A DNA stretch of 64,000 nucleotides from Ignavibacteriota bacterium (GTDB lineage Bacteria > Bacteroidota > Ignavibacteria > UBA10030 > UBA6906), in contig CAWDEM010000004.1 in NCBI GenBank assembly GCA_963801355.1, positions 128,001 to 192,000 on the forward strand. Direction: 5' to 3'. The number at the start of each line of letters is the position of its first letter. Position 1 is the first letter of the stretch. The notes beneath the pieces are model-generated. The model did not search any database, had not been told where the DNA came from, and worked only from the letters and a program-made list of their open reading frames with translations. The translations under genes were made by a program, and so were the position numbers. This document shows positions 18,397-26,920 of the stretch, one piece after another.

Positions 18397-20058
18397 ATGC
18401 ACTCGGCCTACCATACGCTCCGGGCCGTGGCCCTAGATCTCTCCAAACGCCTCCCCGGACAGAGCATTAAACAGATCTATTCTCAGGATAGGGATGAGGT
18501 AATATTCGGATTCGGGGGCCTTGCGGGGCATCTCGTGGTCTCGTGCCGCCCGGATCTGCCCTGTTGTTACCTCCACAGCGCTGTCCAGCGCGCGAAGAAG
18601 AATTCCGCGGATGTGCTTGCGCTTGCCGCCGGTCACACGATTCACAACGTCACCATCCATCCTTCCGACCGCGTGCTGACGTTCCATCTGTCCGCAGGAT
18701 TTGCCCTCACCATTCAGCTCTTCGGCGCGCGATCCAATGTCATGCTGACCTCCCCGGATGCCAGGATTGCCGACGCCTTCAAGCGCTCCAGGGAACTCAC
18801 CGGCCACACGCCGGCGCTTTCTGCGCCCGGCGTTATGCTTTCGCCTGAAGGGCTGGTGGCCGCCGTGCGGAGCCTTACGCAGAGTACGCTGGGTGCTGCG
18901 GTCAAGAAGTTCGCTCCCCAATTTCCGGTCATTGTCATCCTGGAACTTCTTCACCGTGCGGGGCTGGCATCTGAAATGCCGGTTGCGCTGATGCCGGTCG
19001 ATTCCCTCCCGGCACTGACGAGGGCAATCTCCTCGGTCAATGCCGAGCTGGCAGCCCCCCGGCCCCGTATCTATTCACGGGACGATGGAACTCCATCCCA
19101 CTTCTCGATCATTCCTCTTACCGCACTTGCCGGGCAACGGGAAGAATGCTTTGAAGATATCCACAAGGCGCTCCAGTCATTCATCGCATGGAAGAAATCG
19201 GCGGACAATGTCGCCTTGGAGCGACGCGCTCTCGAACTCCGCATACGCGCCACACATGACCGTGCACGGCGGATCGTCCAGGCAATTGATGCTGATCTTG
19301 CCGCCGGTGACCGCGCGGAACAATACCAGCGGTACGGTTCGTTGATACTGCAGCATCTGCCGGACATTGCACGGGGCTCGGACCATGCCGAGCTTGCAGG
19401 GCCCGACGGAGAGGTCCGTGTTCCCCTTGTGCCGACCGCAACGCCGTCGGAGAATGCACAACGCTACTTTGAGAAAGCAAAGACGAGCAAGCGCGCGCGT
19501 CAGCTTGCCGGCCGCCGCCGCTCCATCTACAGCACCCGCATGGAGCGCAGCGCAACATTGCTTGGCGAACTCGAGCATGTTTCCACACGACAGGACTTGA
19601 AAGCCTATATGGAACGCCACCACGACGATCTGCACGATCCCCGGGAACAGAGCCCCGCCGACGATCAGGATCGGCCGCTCTTCAGAGTGTTTGTTGTCGA
19701 AGGAGGATTCGAAGTATGGGCGGGGAGGAGCAGCGCCAACAACGATCTGCTGACCCTCCGGCATGCAAAGCCGCAAGACTATTGGTTTCACGCACGCGGT
19801 GCATCCGGTTCCCATGTGATACTCCGCGTGGCTTCCGGCCGCGGTGAACCCGGCAAACGGGCCATTTGCCAGGCGGCATCCATCGCCGCGTACTATAGCA
19901 AAATGCGCACCGCAGCGATGGTCCCGGTGGCGGTGACGCGACGCAAGTATGTCCATAAGCCGAAAGGAGCAGCGGCAGGAAGTGTCGTGCTCCAGCGCGA
20001 AGATGTACTGATGGTTGAACCCCACTTGCCGTACCCCAGTGAGGATGCCGATGAGTAA
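18397..20058 (+). CDS. rqcH: NFACT family / RqcH (Rqc2, FbpA-like) ribosome quality control protein
   Basis: HPSDRVL, ENAQRYFEKAK, GRSSANNDLLT, WFHARGASGSHV, AAYYSK and KPKGAAAGSV motifs. Confidence 0.85.
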   Translation: MHSAYHTLRAVALDLSKRLPGQSIKQIYSQDRDEVIFGFGGLAGHLVVSCRPDLPCCYLHSAVQRAKKNSADVLALAAGHTIHNVTIHPSDRVLTFHLSAGFALTIQLFGARSNVMLTSPDARIADAFKRSRELTGHTPALSAPGVMLSPEGLVAAVRSLTQSTLGAAVKKFAPQFPVIVILELLHRAGLASEMPVALMPVDSLPALTRAISSVNAELAAPRPRIYSRDDGTPSHFSIIPLTALAGQREECFEDIHKALQSFIAWKKSADNVALERRALELRIRATHDRARRIVQAIDADLAAGDRAEQYQRYGSLILQHLPDIARGSDHAELAGPDGEVRVPLVPTATPSENAQRYFEKAKTSKRARQLAGRRRSIYSTRMERSATLLGELEHVSTRQDLKAYMERHHDDLHDPREQSPADDQDRPLFRVFVVEGGFEVWAGRSSANNDLLTLRHAKPQDYWFHARGASGSHVILRVASGRGEPGKRAICQAASIAAYYSKMRTAAMVPVAVTRRKYVHKPKGAAAGSVVLQREDVLMVEPHLPYPSEDADE

Positions 20059-21304
20059 ACGATCCGCTGTAAGGAATCTCGACCCGCGAAGGAGTCTTGA
20101 CCCGCGATTGATGTCCGTCGCAACACGTGCTATCCATGGTAATCAGCTGTTCCCGCACCGGGCGCCCGTCGCTCCCCCGATTGTGCAAACCTCAACATAC
20201 CGGTTCGACAGTTCCGGAGATGCGCTGCGGTATGCCCGGGGCGATCCCGATGTGTATGTCTACACACGCTATCACAACCCGACGGTGCGTGCCGCGGAAG
20301 AACGGCTCGCGCTGATCATGGAATCGGAAAAGACTCTGATGGTTGCCTCAGGAATGGCGGCAATCAGCTCCGCGATTCTTGCGGCCGCCCGGGAGGGGAA
20401 TTCAATTGTCAGTACCCCCGCACTGTATGGCGGCACCTACCGTTTCTTCCGCGACATCCTCCCCCGCCACGGTATTACCGTCCGCTACGTCCATCCGGAC
20501 CGCCTCGACCGGATGGATGCACTGATCGATGCGACCACGCGGGTGGTCTACTTCGAAACCCCCACGAACCCGACACTCGGCATTGTGGACATCGAAGCCC
20601 TGGTCACCGCGGTCCGCAAGGCAGAGCGGCGCGTGCGCAGGAAGATACTGATCATGATCGACAACACCTTCGCGACAAGCCTCAACCAGCACCCCTTCCG
20701 CTTCGGTGTGGACGTTGTCGTTGAGAGCGCCACAAAATATCTGGGAGGGCATTCTGACATCATCGCCGGCGTTGTCGCAGGATCAGAGGAATTCATTACA
20801 CAGGCTCATGCGCAGATGAAGTACTACGGGGGATGCGCAGATCCCTTTGCGGCCTTCCTTCTCCTGCGCAGCTTGAAAACGTTTGCATTGCGGGTGGCCC
20901 GCCAGAACGAAAACGCCCTCACGCTTGCACGCTCGCTGGAACTCCATCCCGGCGTGCTGCGCGTTCTCTACCCCGGACTGTCCTCGCATCCCCATCATCA
21001 GATCGCCCGGAAGCAGATGGTGGATGCGGGAGGCGAAGGATTCGGCGGTATGGTCACCATCGAGGTAAAAGGAGGGCTCCGCGGTGCGGTCCGGGTCACC
21101 GACGCGCTCCGCGTGGGAGTCAACGCCATGTCCCTCGGCGGAACCGAAACGCTGGTCAGCATTCCCGTCTACTCGTCTCACGTGCAAATGACTCCCCGGG
21201 AATTGCACCGTCACGGCGTCACACCCGGCATGATCCGGATTTCGGTCGGTCTCGAAGGTATCCTGGATATTGTACGGGATTTTGAGGCATCTCTGGATTC
21301 TTGA
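20051..21304 (+). CDS. Cys/Met metabolism PLP-dependent enzyme (cystathionine gamma-synthase/methionine gamma-lyase family)
   Basis: YTRYHNPT, SGMAAI, ETPTNP, DNTFAT, SATKYLGGHSD and SLGGTETL motifs. Confidence 0.9.
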   Translation: MSKRSAVRNLDPRRSLDPRLMSVATRAIHGNQLFPHRAPVAPPIVQTSTYRFDSSGDALRYARGDPDVYVYTRYHNPTVRAAEERLALIMESEKTLMVASGMAAISSAILAAAREGNSIVSTPALYGGTYRFFRDILPRHGITVRYVHPDRLDRMDALIDATTRVVYFETPTNPTLGIVDIEALVTAVRKAERRVRRKILIMIDNTFATSLNQHPFRFGVDVVVESATKYLGGHSDIIAGVVAGSEEFITQAHAQMKYYGGCADPFAAFLLLRSLKTFALRVARQNENALTLARSLELHPGVLRVLYPGLSSHPHHQIARKQMVDAGGEGFGGMVTIEVKGGLRGAVRVTDALRVGVNAMSLGGTETLVSIPVYSSHVQMTPRELHRHGVTPGMIRISVGLEGILDIVRDFEASLDS

Positions 21305-21376
21305 ATGTTTCAGTGATTTTCCGTAACTATAAGTTCTCCAACTTGTATCACGGCGTCCACCAAAGGGAGCACAATC

Positions 21377-23743
21377 GTGAAGCACAGCATTTTCTTCCGT
21401 AGCATCATTTTCTTCAGTCTTTGCATCGTTGCGGCTGCATTTCTCGCGGGCATCAATGGATGCGCTCCAAAACAGCAGGAATCCATAGTCGCGACAATCG
21501 GCACGAACGCCATAACGCTCGCGGACTTCGAGAACATGTATACCCGCAGCAACGGGGATGCCAGCATTGATACTACCGTCAGCCAGGAGGAGCGGGAGCG
21601 GTTCCTTGATCTCATGGTCAAATACCGCCTGAAGCTTACGGACGCCTACCGCCAGGGATTGGACAAACGCCCCGAAGTACAGGGCGAAATCAATCAGTAC
21701 CGGGGAAGTCTTGCCGCGTCCTATCTCACCGACCGCGAGCTTGTCGTCCCCAGCGTACGGAGGATGTACGACCGCAGCCTCGAAGAGATACGTGCAAGCC
21801 ACATCCTGCTGACGTTCCGTCAGGATGCCAAGGCGGAAGACTCCGCAGCGGTGTACAAGCAGGCTCAGGAAATCATCACGGAAATTAAAGCCGGCAAAGA
21901 TATCGGTGAGCTCGCACTCCAATTCTCGCAGGATCCCAGCGCGAAGCAGAACAAGGGCGACCTGTACTATTTCTCCGTCGGACGCATGGTACCGGAATTT
22001 GAAGATGCGGCCTTTGCGCTGAAGACCGGCGAAGTTACTTCAACACCCATCAAGACCCGTTTCGGGCTGCACATCATCAAGGTAACGGACCGGAAACCCT
22101 CGCGGGGCGAGCTCCAGGCAAGCCACATCATGATCCGGTTTGCCGACCAGAACCCGTCGCCGGAGGATACGGCAAAGGCGTATGCAAAGATACTGGCGAT
22201 CCAGGACAGCATAGCGAAGGGCATTCCCTTTGAAGAGCTGGCAGCGCGGAATTCCGAAGATGGTGGATCCAGCGGCCGCGGAGGTGATCTCGGTTGGTTT
22301 TCGCGCGGACGGTGGCCGCAACCGTTCGATGAAGCAGCATTCCGGCTGACACCCGGCAAGACATCCCCCGTTGTCCGTACCTTATACGGTTATCACATCA
22401 TCTACTGTACCAATGCCCGGCCCCCGAAATCCTTCGAGGAAGCCAAACAGGATTTCCAGAACCTTTATCAACAGCAACGCTTCCAGTCGGACTACGCGGC
22501 ATTCACGGCAAAGATCAAGAAGGAAACCCAATTTGTCCGGAAGGATTCCGTGATCGCCCTTTTCGTCTCCGGGTTCGACTCCACAAAAGCCGTCCGCGAC
22601 AGTGCCTGGGGTTCGACCCTGCCCGGCGATTTTGGCAGGGCAACAATGTTCACGGTGCTCGGACGCCCGATCATCGTGGATACGGTGATCGCCATGATCA
22701 AGAGCCACGTTGAATGGTCGACCACCTCCCTTCACCGTGTGTCTCTCGCACCGATCGTCGACAAGCTGGCCGACCAGGTGCTCTTTGAAGGAAAGTCGGA
22801 GCTGCTCGAGAAGCAGGATCCAAAATTCGCCGCGTTGCTGCGCGAGTACCGGGAAGGAATCCTTCTCTATCAGATCGAGCAGGATCAGGTGTGGAACAAG
22901 GTCACGACATCCGACTCGCTGCTGCGCCTCTATTTCGCAGACCACCGGGACAAGTTTGTTTTCCCGGACCGCGTACTCTTCACCGATATTCGTGCCGTTT
23001 CCAATGCCAATGCGGAGATCATCCGACAGAAGCTGCTGGCCGGAATGACCATGGAACAGGTTGCACGTGAAGATTCCATTCGCATGGCCGCAAAGGTGGC
23101 CTTCCAGCTCCGTTTTGGTGCGGGGAAAACAACGCTGCCGGCGGCACAGACGGGAACGGTGGCCTCCGTCGGATCATTCCTGACGAAGGAGAAGTCAACG
23201 CGTGTCATGATTGCAGCGTATGCAGACACGAGCACGCGCAAGTCCAAAAACGAAGCCCTCGCAAAGCAGCGTCTGGAGCTTGTGAAGGGGTTGCTGATGA
23301 AGACGCACGGCATTGCATCCGACCGCATCATCACGGAGATCCGGCCGCGTAATTTTGCAGCCGCGAAGCAGCGGGATACCGCCGGGGTCCTGCAGCTTCT
23401 GGATGTGCAGATACTCGGTCTGCAGCCGCTGGTGATAGGCCCGTTGGAAACCTTACTGGCTGCTCCCGCTGCGGACGACCGCGCGAAGCAGGCGGATTCT
23501 CTCGCCGTGGGCGGCTATTCGGCGCCGTTCTTCCACAAAGCGGGGTTTGTCGTTGTCCGTAAAGACGGGGTTGATCCGGCCCGGCAGAAGACCTTCGAAG
23601 AAGCGGGCGCCGAAGTCTCAAGTGCATTCCAGGAGTATGAATCAAAGCGCCTTGAAGCCGAATGGCTCAACCGCGTAAAGCAGTACGCACCGGTGATCGA
23701 ACACAAGGAATTGTTGAAGAACGCCTTTGCAAAGACTCCGTGA
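21377..23743 (+). CDS. Multi-domain parvulin-type PPIase lipoprotein with an inserted OmpA-like domain
   Basis: Lipobox-like INGC; two IRASHIL/GDLG..F parvulin domains; third parvulin-like region interrupted at about 23102-23419. Confidence 0.85.
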   Translation: MKHSIFFRSIIFFSLCIVAAAFLAGINGCAPKQQESIVATIGTNAITLADFENMYTRSNGDASIDTTVSQEERERFLDLMVKYRLKLTDAYRQGLDKRPEVQGEINQYRGSLAASYLTDRELVVPSVRRMYDRSLEEIRASHILLTFRQDAKAEDSAAVYKQAQEIITEIKAGKDIGELALQFSQDPSAKQNKGDLYYFSVGRMVPEFEDAAFALKTGEVTSTPIKTRFGLHIIKVTDRKPSRGELQASHIMIRFADQNPSPEDTAKAYAKILAIQDSIAKGIPFEELAARNSEDGGSSGRGGDLGWFSRGRWPQPFDEAAFRLTPGKTSPVVRTLYGYHIIYCTNARPPKSFEEAKQDFQNLYQQQRFQSDYAAFTAKIKKETQFVRKDSVIALFVSGFDSTKAVRDSAWGSTLPGDFGRATMFTVLGRPIIVDTVIAMIKSHVEWSTTSLHRVSLAPIVDKLADQVLFEGKSELLEKQDPKFAALLREYREGILLYQIEQDQVWNKVTTSDSLLRLYFADHRDKFVFPDRVLFTDIRAVSNANAEIIRQKLLAGMTMEQVAREDSIRMAAKVAFQLRFGAGKTTLPAAQTGTVASVGSFLTKEKSTRVMIAAYADTSTRKSKNEALAKQRLELVKGLLMKTHGIASDRIITEIRPRNFAAAKQRDTAGVLQLLDVQILGLQPLVIGPLETLLAAPAADDRAKQADSLAVGGYSAPFFHKAGFVVVRKDGVDPARQKTFEEAGAEVSSAFQEYESKRLEAEWLNRVKQYAPVIEHKELLKNAFAKTP

Positions 23744-24602
23744 CGGGTGGTGGCGAGGACTGGCGGCGGCACTCGCGCTGACGCTGGCCGCATGCGGCCG
23801 GGAGGGCGAACGCAGCGGATATGTTGCCCGCGTCAACAGCGTAGTGTTGACCGACGCTGATATTGCGCATCAGCGCGACTCTGTGGGCGAAGCGGGTGCC
23901 GCATCTAAAGAATACATCAACGACTGGGTCGTCAACGAGCTGTTGTACCAGGAGGCCGAACGGCGCGGCGTGACCGACGATCCATCGTTCCGCGACCAGC
24001 TCGAGGCCATGCGCAAACGGCTTGCCGTCGCCGCTCTCCTTCAGGAAGCGGTGTATGCGAAAGTTGACAGCACCGAGCTCCCGGAAGACTCCGTCACCCA
24101 GGCCTACACGCGCTCGGGCCAGGCATTCCTGTTGCGCGAAGATATCACGCTTGCGAGTTATGTCCTCTTCCGCACCCGGGAAGCCGCCAACGCATTCCGC
24201 GCCACCCTCATGCGCGGCACCCCATGGCAGACCTCGCTGACCGAACTCCAGGCAAAACCTTCAAAGGAACCTCCCGTCATCCAGTCGGCGGACCATCAGT
24301 ACTTCTCCAGTGCAACGCTGTACCCCGAGGAGCTCTGGAAACTGGCCCGCTCTCTCGCCCGTGAAGAGGTCTCCCCTCTACTTCGTACCAATGAGGGGTA
24401 CGTTGTCCTTCGCACACACCAGAATTTCCGTCAGGGGGAACTTCCGCCGTTCGCGTACGCACGTGCCGAGGTGCGGGAACGTCTCCTGATGGACCTCCGT
24501 CGCGCCCGCTACGAGGAGTTCCTCGGTGTGGTCCGCAAACGGCATACCATCGACATTCGTGAACCACAGGCTGGACCTGATCCGTCCGCCTCACAGGAGT
24601 AA
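23727..24602 (+). CDS. PPIase-like (SurA/PrsA-related) lipoprotein
   Basis: Lipobox LAAC; VARVN, YINDWVVNELLYQEA; degenerate rotamase C-terminus. Confidence 0.75.
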   Translation: MQRLRDGWWRGLAAALALTLAACGREGERSGYVARVNSVVLTDADIAHQRDSVGEAGAASKEYINDWVVNELLYQEAERRGVTDDPSFRDQLEAMRKRLAVAALLQEAVYAKVDSTELPEDSVTQAYTRSGQAFLLREDITLASYVLFRTREAANAFRATLMRGTPWQTSLTELQAKPSKEPPVIQSADHQYFSSATLYPEELWKLARSLAREEVSPLLRTNEGYVVLRTHQNFRQGELPPFAYARAEVRERLLMDLRRARYEEFLGVVRKRHTIDIREPQAGPDPSASQE

Positions 24603-24605
24603 TGC

Positions 24606-25886
24606 ATGTTCCGTTCCGTCATCCCGCGCGCCCTTGTCCTTTCTCTGGCAGTGTGCGGCGTGTCTCCCGCACCGGCACAGGTGCTCGACCGCGTTATCGC
24701 CGTCGTGGAAAACGATCCCATTCTTGAATCGGAGTTGAACGCCCAGATCCAGTTCTTTGCTCTGTCCAACCGCATGGATCCAAAAGCTCCGGGTGTACAC
24801 GATCAGGTACTGCAGGCGATGGTCAACGAGAAACTGATTGTGGCCAAGGCAATCCAGGACAGCGTGACCGTCACCGATGAAGAAGTCCAGCAGCAGCTTG
24901 AAGCGGCAATTCAGCAACGTGTGCAGCAAGTCGGCTCCGAGGCGCGGTTGGAAGAGATGTACGGTATGCCCTTGAGCAGAATCAAGCGGGAATACCGGGA
25001 CGAAATGCGGAAGAACCTCCTTGCACAGAAATTGCAGCAACAACGCTTCGGTGCGACGCAGATCGGCCGCTATGAGGTGGAGGAATTCTTCCGGACCTAT
25101 CGCGACAGTCTCCCCCGCGTCCCTGAAGAAGTGGAACTCTCCCATATCTTCATCAAACCCCGGTTCGGCGCCGCCGAACGCACCGCCGCATACAAGCGCA
25201 TGCAGGCATTGCTCGACAGCATCAATGCCGGTGTCGACTTCGCGGAGCTGGCCAAGCGTCATTCGGAAGACCCTGGCTCGGGACCGCAAGGCGGCAATCT
25301 CGGCCTCGTCCGGCGTGGACAGTTTGTCAAAGACTTTGAAAGCGCCGTCTTCGGCTTGGGCGAGGGACAGGTCTCCGGCATTGTGGAGACCGAGCTCGGG
25401 CTGCATATCATCCAGCTGCTGGAACGCCGTGGCGATGCCGTGCGTGCACGCCATATTCTGTTGCGCATTCAACGCACGGACTCCGGGGACAGCAGCACCG
25501 TCGCTCTCCTGGATTCTCTACGCAGTGCCGCTCTCGCGGGCAGCGACTTCGGCGTACTGGCAAAGAAATTCTCTGAAGACAAGGAGACAAACCTGATCGG
25601 GGGCATGCTGGGCGCACTTGATCTGGAGCAGCTTGATAAGAGCTGGTTCACCGCCGTGGCACCGCTCTCACCGGGCGAGATCAGCAAGCCCGAAAAACTC
25701 CCGGTGGGCAGCTCGTACGGCTATCATATCGTGCTTCTGCGCAAACGCACACCGGCTCATGAAATGACCCTCGAGCAGGATTACCACAAAATCGAGGCAC
25801 TTGCGCTGAACTATAAGAGATCAAAGGACTACCAGAGCTGGCTTGATGATATCCGGAAGAGTATCTACTGGAAGATCTATCCCTAA
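24606..25886 (+). CDS. surA: SurA-type periplasmic chaperone/PPIase
   Basis: Signal peptide, DRVIAVVENDPILESE SurA N-domain, two parvulin domains. Confidence 0.85.
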   Translation: MFRSVIPRALVLSLAVCGVSPAPAQVLDRVIAVVENDPILESELNAQIQFFALSNRMDPKAPGVHDQVLQAMVNEKLIVAKAIQDSVTVTDEEVQQQLEAAIQQRVQQVGSEARLEEMYGMPLSRIKREYRDEMRKNLLAQKLQQQRFGATQIGRYEVEEFFRTYRDSLPRVPEEVELSHIFIKPRFGAAERTAAYKRMQALLDSINAGVDFAELAKRHSEDPGSGPQGGNLGLVRRGQFVKDFESAVFGLGEGQVSGIVETELGLHIIQLLERRGDAVRARHILLRIQRTDSGDSSTVALLDSLRSAALAGSDFGVLAKKFSEDKETNLIGGMLGALDLEQLDKSWFTAVAPLSPGEISKPEKLPVGSSYGYHIVLLRKRTPAHEMTLEQDYHKIEALALNYKRSKDYQSWLDDIRKSIYWKIYP

Positions 25887-25904
25887 CGGCAGAGGACACA
25901 GTTC

Positions 25905-26915
25905 GTGAGCACCGCTCCCGCCTCATCTACAGCCACGGGTGATGTCGCAGACGCGCGCCGGCTGAACGATGCGTATGATAAGCTGCGGAATGAGATCGCC
26001 AAGGTCATTGTCGGCCAGGAAACCATTGTCGAACACATGCTGATTGCCCTCCTGGCCCGCGGCCACTGCCTGCTGGTCGGTGTGCCGGGTCTCGCCAAAA
26101 CACTCCTCATACGCACGCTGGCGCAAGTCCTCGATCTGAAATTCAACCGGATTCAGTTCACACCTGACTTGATGCCCAGCGACATCACCGGAACGGAGAT
26201 TATCGAAGCACATCCGGGATCCGGCGCGAAGGAATTCCGGTTCATTCGCGGCCCTCTGTTCGCAAACATCGTGCTGGCCGACGAAATCAACCGTACCCCG
26301 CCCAAGACACAGGCGGCTCTCCTGGAAGCAATGCAGGAACACCGCATCACCGCGGCGGGAACCACATACACCCTTGATGAGCCGTTCTTCGTCCTGGCAA
26401 CGCAAAACCCGATCGAGCAGGAAGGCACCTATCCCCTGCCCGAAGCCCAACTCGATCGCTTCATGTTCAACCTCTGGCTCGAGTATCCCTCCCCCGCAGA
26501 GGAAGTCCAGATCGTCAAGTCCACAACCGGACTCCACGACCCCGCACCCGGCCATATCCTGACGGGACAGCAAATTACCCGGTTTCAGGACCTGGTCCGG
26601 CGGGTACCTGTCGCAGATAATGTTCTGGAGTACGCGGTCAAACTCGTAGGAACCACACGCCCGGGGGCAGCCCAGTCACCGCAGTTTGTCAAGGATTGGA
26701 TCCGCTGGGGTGCCGGACCACGGGCTTCCCAGTACCTGATTCTCGGCGCAAAAACCCGTGCACTCCTGACCGGGCGCCATACCCCCGATATCGATGACGT
26801 GCGCTTCATGGCCGGCCCCACACTCCGCCATCGTCTCGTCACGAATTTCAACGCCGAAGCAGACGGCGTCACCGCTATTGAGATCGTGGACCGGCTCGTT
26901 CGCGAGCTGCCCTGA
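25905..26915 (+). CDS. MoxR family AAA+ ATPase
   Basis: GVPGLAKT, RIQFTPDLMPSDITG, LADEINRTPPKTQAALLEAMQE and ATQNPIEQEGTYPLPEAQLDRF motifs. Confidence 0.95.
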   Translation: MSTAPASSTATGDVADARRLNDAYDKLRNEIAKVIVGQETIVEHMLIALLARGHCLLVGVPGLAKTLLIRTLAQVLDLKFNRIQFTPDLMPSDITGTEIIEAHPGSGAKEFRFIRGPLFANIVLADEINRTPPKTQAALLEAMQEHRITAAGTTYTLDEPFFVLATQNPIEQEGTYPLPEAQLDRFMFNLWLEYPSPAEEVQIVKSTTGLHDPAPGHILTGQQITRFQDLVRRVPVADNVLEYAVKLVGTTRPGAAQSPQFVKDWIRWGAGPRASQYLILGAKTRALLTGRHTPDIDDVRFMAGPTLRHRLVTNFNAEADGVTAIEIVDRLVRELP

Positions 26916-26920
26916 GCACC

